Source of the DNA: Fastidiosibacter lacustris
GTDB taxonomy: Bacteria > Pseudomonadota > Gammaproteobacteria > Francisellales > Francisellaceae
Assembly (NCBI RefSeq): GCF_003428155.1
Contig: NZ_QLIR01000002.1
Location: 1-32,000, forward strand
Length of the DNA stretch: 32,000 bases
Direction of reading: 5' to 3'
How positions within the stretch are numbered: the stretch's first letter is position 1; every line of letters starts with the position of its first letter. The notes beneath the pieces are model-generated. The model was not told the DNA's origin. It saw only the letters and a program-made list of their open reading frames with translations, and did no database searches. The position numbers and the translations under genes were made by a program. Positions 18,127 through 31,309 of the stretch are shown piece by piece.

Positions 18127-20393
18127 TGTATATGTTCTGGCAACCTTTGGTCAAAATCATAGAGCTTAAACATGAACTTGATGTTGTGTTGTCAATCTTT
18201 GTTAAAGAAGCATCTAAGCTTTTAGCAGTTGATGCGTGTAGTGTCTTTGTACTGGAAGACAGTGATCACGTCTATACGCTTTGTGCTTCAACACTTGTGC
18301 CAACGATAAGGTCAGGTATGATATATATCAATGTTAAGGATGACTTGATTGGTAGGGTCGCCTTGCGTGAAGAAGCACTTGTCGTGACAGATATGTCAAA
18401 AGAAAAAAGATATAGCGTTTTGCAAACTTTATCTCGTAATAAATACCATTCATTGTTGGCTGCACCAGTCATTTATAAGGGTGAAGTGATTGCTATTATT
18501 GTTTTTCAAATACGCGATAAAAATAAAATTACGGAATCGTTGCAAACAGATGTGGCAACGCTTTGTGCAAATTTATCATTGCCGCTCAATCGTGCCATTC
18601 ATGTTGAGGATGTATCTGATCAAATTGAAGAACAACCCCTAAGTCCACTCTTTTTTGATGGTATTAGTGCAAATGAAGGAGTGCAAAAAGGAGTCGCTTT
18701 TGCACGTTATAACATTACTGATATCGAAGAGATTCCGGATAAAGAAACACAATCGGAGGATGAAGAAGCTCTGTTTATTTCAGCTGTAAAAGAGGTAAAG
18801 GAGCATCTACAAGAAATGTTGCAAAGAATTACATTGTTAGCAGGAAATGACGAGGCTGTACTCTTTGAAGCTTATTTGCAAATGATCGATAGCAGTCGCT
18901 TTTATGACGGTATTCTAACTTATATTCGCCAAGGAGTCTGGCTGCAAAGTGCAATAAAAAAAGTCGTTTTAGAGCAAGCAACTCTTTTTGAGCAAATGGA
19001 TGAGCCTTATTTTGCTGAGCGAGCAAGTGACATACGTGACTTGGGTAAACGTATTTTGCTGGCACTAGAAGATAGAACACTAAAAAAAAGTCATTATCCC
19101 GTTGACACTGTGTTGATAGCGAGTGAGATTACAGCATCAATGATTGCTGAAGTGCCAAAAGGTAGATTAAAGGCAATCGTTGCCGAGCATGGTTCTTCCT
19201 ATTCTCATGCTGCTATTTTGGCAAAAGCATTATCTATTCCTTTTGTTACAGGGATTAAAGCCTTACCGATAAACTTTATCGATGGCAAAGATGTCATCGT
19301 AGATGCTTATGTTGGGCGTGTATATGTACAGCCAGCTCGAGGCTTAAAAGCTGCATATGAGCGATTAATTAAACATGAATCGCAAAAGGCAGTAGAGCTA
19401 CAAGCACTTAAGGACTTACCCAGTACAACACTTGATGGGTATGTGGTCGAGTTAAAGGCTAACGTTGGCTTGATTGCGGACTTAGATCGTGCACTTAGCC
19501 AAGGTGCGGCAACGATTGGACTATATCGCTCTGAAATTCCATTTATGATTAGAGAGCGCTTCCCAGGGGAAGATGAGCAGCGGATTATTTACCAGCAAAT
19601 CCTATCGACGTTCCCAGATAAACCTGTGGTGCTACGCTTATTAGATGTGGGAGCAGATAAAACCTTGCCATATTTTTATGAACAAGAGCAAAATCCAGCA
19701 TTGGGTTGGCGTGGTATCCGAATGATGTTGGATCAATCTAACTTATTTTTAATGCAAGTCAAAGCGATGCTTAAAGCAAGCAGCAAATATAATAACTTGC
19801 AGATATTACTACCAATGATTACGACTATTGAGGAAGTAAAAGAATCTAAAAAACTTATTCGTCAAGCTTACAAAGAAGTTATCGAAGAAGGTTTTGATAT
19901 TAAGTTGCCAGAGATTGGAATGATGATTGAAGTGCCTGCTACCATTATGGAAATTGAGCGCTTGTTGCCATTGGTTGATTTTGTTTCAGTTGGTTCTAAT
20001 GATTTAACTCAATATATTCTTGCAATTGATCGAACCAATGAAAAGGTATCTACGCTTTATGATCAGCTACATCCAGCGATGATAAAAGTGCTTTATTATC
20101 TCGTTAGAATGGCCAAAAAGCACAATAAACAAATTTCATTATGTGGTGAGTTAGGAGGTAATCCATTAGCAACGGCGCTCTTAATCGGGATGGGGTTTGA
20201 TAACTTAAGTATGAATGCAGCCGTGATATTAAAAGTGAAACATGTATTGCGAAACGTTGCCAAAAAACAATGTAAAAATGTACTCAAGCAAGTATTAAAA
20301 CTCGCTACTACGGAAGAGGTCCACACTTACTTAGAAAATTTTCTAGTTGAAAATGATTTAGGTGGATTAATCCGTGCCGGAATTAATCATTAA
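18126..20393 (+). CDS. ptsP: Phosphoenolpyruvate-protein phosphotransferase with GAF domain (PTS-Ntr enzyme I)
   Basis: N-terminal GAF, AEHGSSYSHAAILAKALSIPFV, GLYRSEIPFMIRERFPGEDEQ, RLLDVGADKTLPYF, SVGSNDLTQYILAIDR, CGELGGNPLA. Confidence 0.95.
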   Translation: MYMFWQPLVKIIELKHELDVVLSIFVKEASKLLAVDACSVFVLEDSDHVYTLCASTLVPTIRSGMIYINVKDDLIGRVALREEALVVTDMSKEKRYSVLQTLSRNKYHSLLAAPVIYKGEVIAIIVFQIRDKNKITESLQTDVATLCANLSLPLNRAIHVEDVSDQIEEQPLSPLFFDGISANEGVQKGVAFARYNITDIEEIPDKETQSEDEEALFISAVKEVKEHLQEMLQRITLLAGNDEAVLFEAYLQMIDSSRFYDGILTYIRQGVWLQSAIKKVVLEQATLFEQMDEPYFAERASDIRDLGKRILLALEDRTLKKSHYPVDTVLIASEITASMIAEVPKGRLKAIVAEHGSSYSHAAILAKALSIPFVTGIKALPINFIDGKDVIVDAYVGRVYVQPARGLKAAYERLIKHESQKAVELQALKDLPSTTLDGYVVELKANVGLIADLDRALSQGAATIGLYRSEIPFMIRERFPGEDEQRIIYQQILSTFPDKPVVLRLLDVGADKTLPYFYEQEQNPALGWRGIRMMLDQSNLFLMQVKAMLKASSKYNNLQILLPMITTIEEVKESKKLIRQAYKEVIEEGFDIKLPEIGMMIEVPATIMEIERLLPLVDFVSVGSNDLTQYILAIDRTNEKVSTLYDQLHPAMIKVLYYLVRMAKKHNKQISLCGELGGNPLATALLIGMGFDNLSMNAAVILKVKHVLRNVAKKQCKNVLKQVLKLATTEEVHTYLENFLVENDLGGLIRAGINH

Positions 20394-20441
20394 TATCTTT
20401 TTAAAACAAATTCTTGTGTTATATCTGAATATCATTTAGCT

Positions 20442-21518
20442 TTGTTGAGCATATATCGTATTGGTTTCATGAAGATGAAAAAACATATAGTTTTTGGTTT
20501 AATAACGTTGAGTTTAGCAATTAGTGTTATTTATTTTTTATTTTTAGGGTCAGGGAAGAAAACGGGAAGTTTTAATGTGGGACCAACGGTCATTGAAGTT
20601 GCAACAGTAACTAAGCAAAATATTCCTTTAACTGTTAAAGCAACAGGACAGCTGATTGCACCAAATACTGTCACACTAAAGGCACAAATTGCGGGGGTGG
20701 TTGAAAAAATCTACTTTACTAGTGGTCAATATGTTAAAGCTGGAGAGTTGTTGATGACACTAGATGATACCCAGCAAATGGCAGATGTAAATTCAACTTT
20801 AGCTGATTATACAAAAGCAGAAGCACAATACAACCGAACATCCACTTTATTTAAAGACAACAACGCTGTATCACAAAGCGAGCTGGATAGTGCTAAAGCT
20901 GATTATATGCAAACAAAGGCTAAATACGATGCAGCACTCTATCGACTATCAAATACTAAGATTGTCGCACCTTTTACGGGGTTTTTAACTTTGACTACTT
21001 TAGCTAAGGGAAGTTATGTTTCAGCAGGAGACACTTTGGTTACCTTAGTTGATAAGGAAAATCTTGAGTTGCAATATGCTTTACCAGAGTCCTATGCTAA
21101 AAGCATTGCATTGGGACAAGTAGTTGCTTTTAGAGTGGATGCTTTTCCAGGTCAAATATTCCATGCTAAGGCTGATTACATTTCACCGAATGTATCAGAT
21201 GACAATTTGACTTTTACCATGCGTGCAGCTTTTGATAATAGTAATAATGTACTAACCCCTGGTATGAGTGTATATGTATCACAAGTTTTAAAAGCTGATA
21301 ATTTAGTTTTGGCTGTACCAGAAAGTGCATTAAGTGCACAAAGTGGGGGATTTATTGTTTATGTGGTGGAGGATGGAAAAGCAAAGGCGTTACCTGTAGA
21401 AATAGGACAAATCAATAAAGGGTACGTTGGGGTTTTGTCAGGACTAAAGCAGGGGCAGCAGGTGATTGTTTCAGCAGAGGGAAGCATCTCTGATGGTATC
21501 GCAGTAAAGGTGGAATAA
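20442..21518 (+). CDS. RND efflux periplasmic adaptor (membrane fusion protein)
   Basis: VKATGQLIAPNTVTLKAQIAGVVEKIYFTSGQYVKAGELLMTLDD, RLSNTKIVAPFTGFL. Confidence 0.9.
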   Translation: MLSIYRIGFMKMKKHIVFGLITLSLAISVIYFLFLGSGKKTGSFNVGPTVIEVATVTKQNIPLTVKATGQLIAPNTVTLKAQIAGVVEKIYFTSGQYVKAGELLMTLDDTQQMADVNSTLADYTKAEAQYNRTSTLFKDNNAVSQSELDSAKADYMQTKAKYDAALYRLSNTKIVAPFTGFLTLTTLAKGSYVSAGDTLVTLVDKENLELQYALPESYAKSIALGQVVAFRVDAFPGQIFHAKADYISPNVSDDNLTFTMRAAFDNSNNVLTPGMSVYVSQVLKADNLVLAVPESALSAQSGGFIVYVVEDGKAKALPVEIGQINKGYVGVLSGLKQGQQVIVSAEGSISDGIAVKVE

Positions 21519-21522
21519 TAAG

Positions 21523-24500
21523 ATGAAACTACCTGAAATTTGTATCAAGCGCCCAGTTTTATCTTTTGTATTAAATGCAATTTTAGTGCTGTGTGGCTTA
21601 CTAAGTTTTGGTTATGTTAAGCTGCAGTTTGAGCCTACGATATTTAAACCTGCGCTTATGATTGTAACTAATTATTCAGGAGCCAGCGCTGATGTGGTAC
21701 AAAAAGATGTGACACAACAACTGGTTGCAGCAATCTCAGGGACTGAAAACCTAAGCTATATCGAGGCCATTTCTAGACAAGGGCAAAGCCAAATTAAACT
21801 TAACTTTGGTAATATTGATCAAGAGAAGTTTATTACTGCACAATCTGAAGTGATGCGCGATATTGCGGGGGTAAATTTACCACAAAATGTGAAAACACCA
21901 CAAATTAAGCAGCGTGGTAGTGGCAGTCAAGTAATGTTGATTGGCTTTCAAGATGCTGACCGCTCGACGGAAAGTTTAACTTCATATATTAATGACTCAA
22001 TAATTAAGCAGTTATCACAGATCCAGGGTGTGGGTGATGTCCAAGTTTATTCTGACAGTTCGGCATTGAGAATTGAGCTTGACCCTAAGGCTATGGCACT
22101 TCTTAAAGTATCTGCAATTGACGTTGTTAATAAGCTTGAACAATTAAATCGCAACATCTCAGCAGGACAGCTGATTACCGCCAACAATACTTATACGATT
22201 AATGTTGATAGTGCCTTTAATAGTATTGATAAATTTGAGAATTTAATTATTGCTAAACGTAATGGGAAACTTATTTATTTAAAGCAAATTGCAAAGGTTT
22301 ATCTGGGCAGTTTATCGTTGGCAAACGCTTCTATTAGCATTATTGATGGTAAACCTGGGGTGGTGGTGAATGTTTCTCAAACCAGCGATGCCAATCCAAT
22401 TGAAGTCGCAAATGCAGTAACGAAAGCTGTACAACAAATACAAGGTTCGTTACCACCTGGGATGAAAGCAGAAATATTATTCAATATTGCGACTTCACTT
22501 AAGGCTTCTCTGTATGAGGTGATTAAAACTATTGTTGAAGCCATTATTTTAGTGTCTTTTATTTCTTTGTTATTTTTAGGGCGTTTTCGTGCAGCTTTAG
22601 TTCCGATTGTGACGTTACCTGTATGCTTAATTGGTGTGTTTGTTATCATCTGGCCGCTTGGTTTTAGCATTAATATGATGACGTTGTTAGCGTTGGTATT
22701 GGCTGTTGGGCTTGTGGTTGATGATGCTATTGTAGTCTTAGAAAACTGCTATCGTTACATGCAAAAAGGATATGACGCTTTTAATGCAGCAATTTTAGGT
22801 AGTAAAGAAATTGGTTTTGCTATTATTGGTATGACAATTACATTAGTTGCAGTTTATATTCCGATTGCATTCATGAATGATAAATCAGCGGTTTTCTTTC
22901 GTGAATTTGCCTTTACGCTTGCAGCTAGTGTTTTAATTTCAGGTTTTGTGGCATTGACTTTGTCACCAACGATGTGTGCGTATACTTTAGGAAAAGCCAA
23001 GGAAAGTCGCTATGAACAAAAAGTAGCTCGTTTGTTTGCTTATACAGAAAAAATGTATAAAAAGTCACTAGAATTGATATTGCAAGTGCGATTATGGCTG
23101 ATAGTTATTTTTATTATCCTTATTATTGCAGGGGTTGGGTTGTTTCGATCAATACCAACGGCATTACAGCCACAGGACACGGTTGGTGTGGTGGGAGTCA
23201 ACATTACTGGGCAAAGTAATGCAAGTTCTGACTTTATCATGCAGAAGTTAGATGAAATTCAGGATAGGTTGTCAAACAAAGTATTTAAGCATTCGTTTGG
23301 CTTTGTTGACACTGAAAGTGGTCAAACTTCTGGGTTTTCTATGAACATTTTAAATCAAGACCAAGTAACAAATGCCTATAAAATTGCTAAAGAATTAAAC
23401 TCAATTATCAAAGAAACAAAAGGTGTTCAAGGCAGTAGTTGGGTGTTTCCATTATCAGGGAAAAGCCAATTTGGTGCAGGGGATATCCAAATGTATTTAC
23501 TGAGCATGGATGATTATCAAACACTATACAAAAAGGCAGAAAGCTTAGTGTCAGTGTTGAAAAAACTCCCAAGCATTTCTTACGTTAGTATCGCCAGTTC
23601 TGCAGACAGTGGTCAGTTTACTATGGATATCAATTACACAAATGCTATGCTTTTAGACGTTGATCCAGCAAATATTCAGACGATATTGAACATTATGTTT
23701 GGGGGTTGGCAGTTATCAAGAGATTATGAAACTGGAGGTGAGAGTTTTCCAATTTTTGTCCAGTTGGCTAAAAAAGACTTAAAAAGTTTTAGTGTATTAA
23801 ATCACTTGTATATTAAAACTGATACTGACGCATGGGTACAACTAGGACGTTTAGTGAATATTAAACCAGTCGTTAAAATCCCTTATTTAACAACCTATAA
23901 TCAACTTCACGCAATGGAGGTAGATGTCGATTTAGCACCCAATGCTTCAATGGGGCAAGTAATTGAGGAAATTAGATCTATAACTCAACAACTTCTACCT
24001 GGCACAAGCTTAGCTTTTAAAGGGGATGCTAAAGATATGTTAGAGGGTAATAACAGCATGATTATTATTTTCATAGCTGGGTTGTTGTTTGTTTATCTCG
24101 TGTTGGCAGCACTTTTTGAGAGTTTTATTGATCCATTTATTATTCTATTAACTGTACCATTGTGTGTGATTGGCGCACTTGTTGGTCTGAAATTAATAGG
24201 AGGAACACTCAATATTTATACCGATATTGGACTAATTACCTTGATTGGACTTGTGTCAAAACATGGGGTGTTAATCGTTCAGTTTTCTAATGAATTGCTA
24301 ACAAAGGGAGTAAGTTTACAAGAAGCAGTAATAAGAGGAGCAGCAACGCGTTTGCGGCCAATATTGATGACTTCGGCAACCATGATTTTGGGTGCTATTC
24401 CACTTTTACTTAGTACAGGTGTTGGTGAGTATGCGCGTCAGCAAATCGGAATGGTAATTGTAGCTGGTTTGTTGCTTGGTTCTATTTTTTCATTGTTTAT

Positions 24501-24567
24501 TGTGCCAGTTGCTTATCAACTATTAAAGTCTTTCAGGTATGGTAATAAGAAGTCGATAATAACTTAA
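21523..24567 (+). CDS. RND efflux transporter permease
   Basis: 1014 aa; MKLPEICIKRPVLSFVLN, LVLAVGLVVDDAIVVLENCYR, IAFMNDKSAVFFREFAFTLAAS, GLVSKHGVLIVQFSNEL. Confidence 0.95.
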   Translation: MKLPEICIKRPVLSFVLNAILVLCGLLSFGYVKLQFEPTIFKPALMIVTNYSGASADVVQKDVTQQLVAAISGTENLSYIEAISRQGQSQIKLNFGNIDQEKFITAQSEVMRDIAGVNLPQNVKTPQIKQRGSGSQVMLIGFQDADRSTESLTSYINDSIIKQLSQIQGVGDVQVYSDSSALRIELDPKAMALLKVSAIDVVNKLEQLNRNISAGQLITANNTYTINVDSAFNSIDKFENLIIAKRNGKLIYLKQIAKVYLGSLSLANASISIIDGKPGVVVNVSQTSDANPIEVANAVTKAVQQIQGSLPPGMKAEILFNIATSLKASLYEVIKTIVEAIILVSFISLLFLGRFRAALVPIVTLPVCLIGVFVIIWPLGFSINMMTLLALVLAVGLVVDDAIVVLENCYRYMQKGYDAFNAAILGSKEIGFAIIGMTITLVAVYIPIAFMNDKSAVFFREFAFTLAASVLISGFVALTLSPTMCAYTLGKAKESRYEQKVARLFAYTEKMYKKSLELILQVRLWLIVIFIILIIAGVGLFRSIPTALQPQDTVGVVGVNITGQSNASSDFIMQKLDEIQDRLSNKVFKHSFGFVDTESGQTSGFSMNILNQDQVTNAYKIAKELNSIIKETKGVQGSSWVFPLSGKSQFGAGDIQMYLLSMDDYQTLYKKAESLVSVLKKLPSISYVSIASSADSGQFTMDINYTNAMLLDVDPANIQTILNIMFGGWQLSRDYETGGESFPIFVQLAKKDLKSFSVLNHLYIKTDTDAWVQLGRLVNIKPVVKIPYLTTYNQLHAMEVDVDLAPNASMGQVIEEIRSITQQLLPGTSLAFKGDAKDMLEGNNSMIIIFIAGLLFVYLVLAALFESFIDPFIILLTVPLCVIGALVGLKLIGGTLNIYTDIGLITLIGLVSKHGVLIVQFSNELLTKGVSLQEAVIRGAATRLRPILMTSATMILGAIPLLLSTGVGEYARQQIGMVIVAGLLLGSIFSLFIVPVAYQLLKSFRYGNKKSIIT

Positions 24568-24682
24568 TTTTCGCAAGTAGTTGAATATTTCTAAAAAATA
24601 AGGCATGATTCACACGCTTATTTAATTTGAGTTAATTTATAGACTCGAAGCTTTTAAAAAAACAAAGAGAAAAAATCAAATA

Positions 24683-24901
24683 ATGGCAAAAGAAGATTGT
24701 ATTGAATTAGAAGGCACGGTTGTTGAAATGCTGCCAAACACAATGTTTCGTGTTGAGCTTGAGAACGGTCACATTGTTACAGCTCACATTTCGGGTAAGA
24801 TGCGCAAAAATTACATTCGTATTTTAACAGGTGACAAAGTTACCGTTGAAATGACACCTTATGATTTAACCAAAGGTCGTATTAAGTTTCGTAATAAATA
24901 A
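24683..24901 (+). CDS. infA: Translation initiation factor IF-1
   Basis: [67 protein letters not shown]. Confidence 0.98.
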   Translation: MAKEDCIELEGTVVEMLPNTMFRVELENGHIVTAHISGKMRKNYIRILTGDKVTVEMTPYDLTKGRIKFRNK

Positions 24902-25024
24902 GTCTTTCTGTATATTCTGCATATTCTGCAAATTATCTGAAAAATTAAGTAAAATTGTGTTATCTGAATAAATCTAATTTCTGTATGATGTCTTAAGGTT
25001 TTAAGAAAATAAAGACTCTATGTT

Positions 25025-25696
25025 ATGTCATATCAAATCAATCCATCGATATTATCTGCAAATTTGGCACACTTGGGCGATGATGTAAGAGCTGTGTTAA
25101 AAGCAGGAGCAAACAATATCCACTTTGATGTGATGGATAACCATTATGTGCCAAATTTAACTTTTGGAGCAATGATTTTGAAGGCATTGCGGGAGGATGG
25201 CATTAGTGTCGGTATGGATGTCCATTTAATGGTGGAGCCAGTTGATGATTTAATTGAAAGCTTTGCCCAAGCAGGCGCAACAAGTATTGTATTCCATCCA
25301 GAGGCCTCAAGACATGTTGATAGAAGTCTCAGTTTAATTCAATCTTTTGGCATTGAGGCTGGTTTAGCATTAAATCCGGCAACATCAATTACAATTTGTG
25401 ATTACCTTATTGATAAGCTTGATCGACTACTTATTATGACAGTCAACCCTGGGTTTGGTGGTCAAATCTTTATTCCTGCTATGTATCATAAGATCAAACA
25501 GGTTTCACAGTGGATTAAAACAAACAACGATAATATTTTACTTGAAGTGGATGGAGGTGTTAGGATCGATAATATTGCTGAAATTGCTGCTTGTGGAGCA
25601 GATGCCTTTGTTGCTGGGTCGGCAATTTTTGACACAAAAAACTACAAACAAGTTATTGATCAAATGCGTAAAATGCTCTTGGAAGTTAAAAAATAA
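25025..25696 (+). CDS. rpe: Ribulose-phosphate 3-epimerase
   Basis: [58 protein letters not shown]. Confidence 0.96.
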   Translation: MSYQINPSILSANLAHLGDDVRAVLKAGANNIHFDVMDNHYVPNLTFGAMILKALREDGISVGMDVHLMVEPVDDLIESFAQAGATSIVFHPEASRHVDRSLSLIQSFGIEAGLALNPATSITICDYLIDKLDRLLIMTVNPGFGGQIFIPAMYHKIKQVSQWIKTNNDNILLEVDGGVRIDNIAEIAACGADAFVAGSAIFDTKNYKQVIDQMRKMLLEVKK

Positions 25697-25735
25697 TAAT
25701 AAAATCATTTGCTATAAAGTGAAAAATGTTGTTAA

Positions 25736-27244
<1,509 letters not shown>

Positions 27245-27381
27245 TCTAGCTTTTCTTTAAGTTTATACCCATCATAAAAATGAAAATAAATACCAAAATT
27301 AAGATTTAAGCGATTGTCTCAACCGTGAAATTACTCTATTGTATGCTGGTATTTTTGAAGTCTAATATGCGGAGTAAGTCA

Positions 27382-28257
27382 ATGAGTGATAGATTGCAAA
27401 TTAATGTTGGTTTAGCTGAAATGCTAAAAGGTGGCGTTATTATGGATGTGGTCACTGCAGAGCAAGCTAAAATTGCAGAAGATGCAGGTGCAGTAGCGGT
27501 TATGGCATTAGAACGTGTGCCAGCAGATATTCGTAAGGATGGTGGCGTGGCTCGTATGTCAGATCCTAAGCTTATCAAAGAAATCATGGCAGCAGTGACA
27601 ATTCCTGTGATGGCAAAAGTGCGCATTGGTCACTTTGTTGAGGCGCAAATTTTGCAAGCATTAGGAGTTGACTTTATTGATGAAAGTGAAGTGTTAACGC
27701 CAGCAGACGATGAAAATCACATTAATAAACACGATTTTAAAGTACCGTTTGTATGTGGCTGCAGTAACTTAGCTGAAGCATTACGTCGTATAGGTGAAGG
27801 TGCTGCTTTAATTCGTACTAAAGGCGAAGCAGGGACTGGAGATGTCATTCAAGCTGTCAAGCAGATGCGTGCAATTAATAGACAAATTCGTGAAGTACAA
27901 ATGGCAGATAGCACTGAGCTTATGGCAATTGCTAAAAAATTGGCTGCACCTTATGAACTTGTTCAATATGTGCATAAGAATGGTAAACTGCCTGTACCAA
28001 ACTTCTCAGCTGGTGGTATCGCAACACCAGCTGATGCAGCAATCATGATGCAGCTTGGTGCAGAAACTGTATTTGTTGGCTCAGGAATTTTTAAATCAAG
28101 TAACCCTAAAAAACGTGCTGAGGCGATTGTCAGCGCAGTCACACACTTTAATGACCCAGATGTTTTAGCAGCAGTTTCAGAAGATTTGGGTGGCGCAATG
28201 ACAGGAATTAATTGTGATCACTTACTACCTCATGAAATGTTCTCATCAAGAGGATGA
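27382..28257 (+). CDS. pdxS: Pyridoxal 5'-phosphate synthase lyase subunit
   Basis: [48 protein letters not shown]; start placed at 27382. Confidence 0.97.
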   Translation: MSDRLQINVGLAEMLKGGVIMDVVTAEQAKIAEDAGAVAVMALERVPADIRKDGGVARMSDPKLIKEIMAAVTIPVMAKVRIGHFVEAQILQALGVDFIDESEVLTPADDENHINKHDFKVPFVCGCSNLAEALRRIGEGAALIRTKGEAGTGDVIQAVKQMRAINRQIREVQMADSTELMAIAKKLAAPYELVQYVHKNGKLPVPNFSAGGIATPADAAIMMQLGAETVFVGSGIFKSSNPKKRAEAIVSAVTHFNDPDVLAAVSEDLGGAMTGINCDHLLPHEMFSSRG

Positions 28258-28263
28258 TTTAAT

Positions 28264-28809
28264 ATGAACGTTGGTGTTTTAGCACTTCAAGGTGCTTATC
28301 ATGCTCATCAAAAGAGAATACAAGAGTTAGGTATTCATTGTATTCTGGTGAAAACAGAAGCCGCTTTATCGCGAGTTGATGCACTTATTTTACCAGGTGG
28401 TGAAAGTACCACTATGACCTATTTATTGCAAAAGCATGATCTTTGGGCTCCATTGGCAAAGAGAGTACGTGAGATTCCTGTTTTTGCTACATGTGCTGGC
28501 GTAATTTTATTGCAAAGGTTTGGTGCCTTAAATATTGATATAATACGCAATGGCTATGGTCGTCAACTTGAAAGTGGGATTTTTCCATTACATGTTGCAT
28601 TTAATGGTCAAAGAGAGAAAATAGATGGTTTTTTTATTCGTGCACCTGTTATTAGCGCAGTGCATGATAAAGATATTGAGGTGTTGTCCTATTACCAAGA
28701 AAAGCCAGCTTTGATTAAAAAGCATAAGATTCTCGCTGCGACTTTTCACCCTGAATTATGTCAAAGCTCTCCTATTCATAAATATTTTATTCGGCTAGCC
28801 AGAACTTAA
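28264..28809 (+). CDS. pdxT: Pyridoxal 5'-phosphate synthase glutaminase subunit
   Basis: VGVLALQGAYHAH, LILPGGESTTM, FATCAGVILL, ATFHPEL. Confidence 0.96.
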   Translation: MNVGVLALQGAYHAHQKRIQELGIHCILVKTEAALSRVDALILPGGESTTMTYLLQKHDLWAPLAKRVREIPVFATCAGVILLQRFGALNIDIIRNGYGRQLESGIFPLHVAFNGQREKIDGFFIRAPVISAVHDKDIEVLSYYQEKPALIKKHKILAATFHPELCQSSPIHKYFIRLART

Positions 28810-28947
28810 GTGCATATTATTTAAAGTTTATAAGCTTATTCATCTCAATAAAACGAATAAAACACTTTTATTATTTTTTCTTAAAACTATGAGTCTATGT
28901 TAAAATCCAGTCACATTACCATATATTGTAATAGCTGAGATATAAAA

Positions 28948-29985
28948 GTGATTACTGAAGTCGAGTTTCACTCACGTGTTACCAAGGTTTGGCCAAAACT
29001 TAAAGCAATGCAGATTGAAAGTGAAGAGCAAAAAGCATTTTATCGCGATAAAATTAAGCGTTTACTTAAAGAGAAAAATATTTGTTTAATAGCACACTAC
29101 TATGTGGACTCTGATATTCAAGCACTAGCGGAAGAAACAGGTGGAATGCTTGGCGATTCACTTGCTATGGCGCGCTTTGGTAAAGATCATCCATCACAAA
29201 CGCTTGTTGTGGCAGGTGTGCGTTTTATGGGGGAAAGCGCCAAGATTCTTTCTCCTCACAAAAAGGTTATTATGCCGACACTAGAGGCTGAATGTTCTTT
29301 AGATGTAAGCTGTCAAGAGAATGAGTTTAAGGAATTTATTGCTTTGCATCCAGACCGTACCGTTGTCGTATATGTCAATACCTCTGCGCGTATCAAAGCA
29401 TTGGCAGATTGGACGGTTACCTCATCTAATGCACTTCAAATTTGTGAGTACTTAGATCAGCAAGGTGAAAAGATACTTTGGGCACCAGATAAGTACTTAG
29501 GACGCTGGATTGAGGAACAAACTGGAGCAGATATGGTACATTATAATGGTGCTTGTATCGTGCATGAGGAATTTAAAGCGCGTGCACTATTGGACTTAAA
29601 AGCGCAATATCCAGAAGCAGCAATTTTGGTTCATCCTGAGTCACCTAAAGAAATTGTAGCACTAGCTAATGTGGTAGGGTCAACTTCTCAATTGCTGGAA
29701 GCCTCTAAAAAATTACCCAATCCTGTTTTTATCGTGGCAACAGAAGCAGGCATTTTCTATAAAATGAAACAATCTTCACCCAATAAAATTTTTATTGAAG
29801 CACCAACAATCGGTAAGGGTGCGACATGTAAGGCTTGTGCACATTGCCCTTGGATGGGAATGAATAGTTTGAAAAACTTGGCAGAAGTCCTAGAACGTGA
29901 AGATAATGAGATTATCTTGCCGAAAGATATTTGTGAATGTGCTATGGTTCCGTTAACGAGAATGGTTGAGTTCAATAATAAGTAA
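28948..29985 (+). CDS. nadA: Quinolinate synthase
   Basis: [68 protein letters not shown]. Confidence 0.97.
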   Translation: MITEVEFHSRVTKVWPKLKAMQIESEEQKAFYRDKIKRLLKEKNICLIAHYYVDSDIQALAEETGGMLGDSLAMARFGKDHPSQTLVVAGVRFMGESAKILSPHKKVIMPTLEAECSLDVSCQENEFKEFIALHPDRTVVVYVNTSARIKALADWTVTSSNALQICEYLDQQGEKILWAPDKYLGRWIEEQTGADMVHYNGACIVHEEFKARALLDLKAQYPEAAILVHPESPKEIVALANVVGSTSQLLEASKKLPNPVFIVATEAGIFYKMKQSSPNKIFIEAPTIGKGATCKACAHCPWMGMNSLKNLAEVLEREDNEIILPKDICECAMVPLTRMVEFNNK

Positions 29986-29994
29986 GCTACTGCT

Positions 29995-30438
29995 ATGAAT
30001 AATAACATACTAAACGTACAGGTAAGTGATTATCCTGCCTTGTTTGAAATTTGGAGTTGTGCAGTAAAAGCGACACATGATTTTTTGGAAGATAAAGATT
30101 TTAATTTTTTTAGCTCAAAGATCATTTCAGACTACTTTCCACAAGTAAAAATGTATAAGTATATATTAGATAAAAATATAGTTGGTTTCATGGGCGTTAG
30201 TGATAATCAACTTGAGATGTTATTTATTGATCCAAAATATTTTGGACAAGGGATTGGTAGAACATTAATTGAATTTTGCATAAATGAGCTAGCCATTTAC
30301 AAAGTAGATGTGAATGAAAAAAATAATGGGGCTGTTGAGTTCTATTTAAAGATGGGGTTTAGAGTTGTATCACGTCAAGAAGTGGACGGTTTGGGTAAAC
30401 CATATCCAATATTGAATATGAAACTAAAGGAAACTTAA
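29995..30438 (+). CDS. GNAT family N-acetyltransferase
   Basis: FMGVSDNQLEMLFIDPKYFGQGIGRTLIEFCI, VDVNEKNNGAVEFYLKMGFRVVSR. Confidence 0.88.
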   Translation: MNNNILNVQVSDYPALFEIWSCAVKATHDFLEDKDFNFFSSKIISDYFPQVKMYKYILDKNIVGFMGVSDNQLEMLFIDPKYFGQGIGRTLIEFCINELAIYKVDVNEKNNGAVEFYLKMGFRVVSRQEVDGLGKPYPILNMKLKET

Positions 30439-30439
30439 A

Positions 30440-31309
30440 ATGAGTAATTTTTTACACCTAAAAACCGAACAAATTACGGCAGTGCCACAAATATTAGTCA
30501 CTAAGATGGTAACGCAAGCTTTAGCAGAAGATATTGATCAAGGTGATATTAATGCTCTATTGATTGATGAAAAGGAAATCTCTAAAGCCCGTGTTATTAC
30601 ACGTGAACCGATGATAATGTGTGGTTATGATTGGGTAAATGAAGTCTTTAAGCAAATTGATCCAAAGCTTCAATTACATTGGTATTACCATGATGGTGAT
30701 AAAATTTTAGCAAATAAAACCCTATTTGAAGTTGAGGGTTTGGCACGTGGCATTTTATCAGCTGAACGAAATGCACTTAATTTTTTGCAAATGCTGTCAG
30801 CTGTTGCTACGAAAACGAGGGAATATATTAAAGCAATAGAAGGAACAAATTGCAAAATTTTAGATACACGTAAAACCATTCCTGGATTTCGTTTAGCTCA
30901 GAAATATGCAGTGACTTGTGGTGGTGGAGTAAACCACCGAATTGGGCTGTTTGATGCTTTTTTAATTAAAGAAAATCACATTGCTGCTTGTAATCATTCA
31001 ATTATCAAAGCTGTTGAAAAGGCACATGAAATTGCGCCTCATAAATTAGTTGAAGTGGAAGTTGAAAATTTCGATGAATTAAATGAAGCATTAAGTGCTA
31101 AAGCAGATGTTATTATGTTGGATAACTTTAGTATTGAAGATATGAAAAAAGCGGTAAGTATTGCTAAAGGGCAAGCACAGCTAGAAGCTTCAGGTAACAT
31201 ATCACTTGATACGATTTATGCAGTAGCACAAACAGGAGTGGATTTTATCTCAATAGGAGCATTAACTAAACATATTCAAGCGATTGATTTATCGATGCGT
31301 TTTTTCTAA
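30440..31309 (+). CDS. nadC: Nicotinate-nucleotide pyrophosphorylase (carboxylating)
   Basis: AEDIDQGDINALLI, SAERNALNFLQMLSAVAT, LDTRKTIPGFRLAQKYAVTCGGGVNHRIGLFDAFLIKENH. Confidence 0.97.
   Translation: MSNFLHLKTEQITAVPQILVTKMVTQALAEDIDQGDINALLIDEKEISKARVITREPMIMCGYDWVNEVFKQIDPKLQLHWYYHDGDKILANKTLFEVEGLARGILSAERNALNFLQMLSAVATKTREYIKAIEGTNCKILDTRKTIPGFRLAQKYAVTCGGGVNHRIGLFDAFLIKENHIAACNHSIIKAVEKAHEIAPHKLVEVEVENFDELNEALSAKADVIMLDNFSIEDMKKAVSIAKGQAQLEASGNISLDTIYAVAQTGVDFISIGALTKHIQAIDLSMRFF

Noticed and set aside
22377-22670. 97-aa minus-strand ORF within RND permease
   Set aside because: Antisense to canonical RND sequence; composition is that of a shadow ORF.
20442-24567. RND pump without an adjacent outer membrane factor
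   Set aside because: Common arrangement; a shared TolC elsewhere is expected, so not noteworthy.
24910-24935. Short direct repeat atattctgcatattctgc after infA
   Set aside because: Only two short AT-rich copies; likely chance or slippage.
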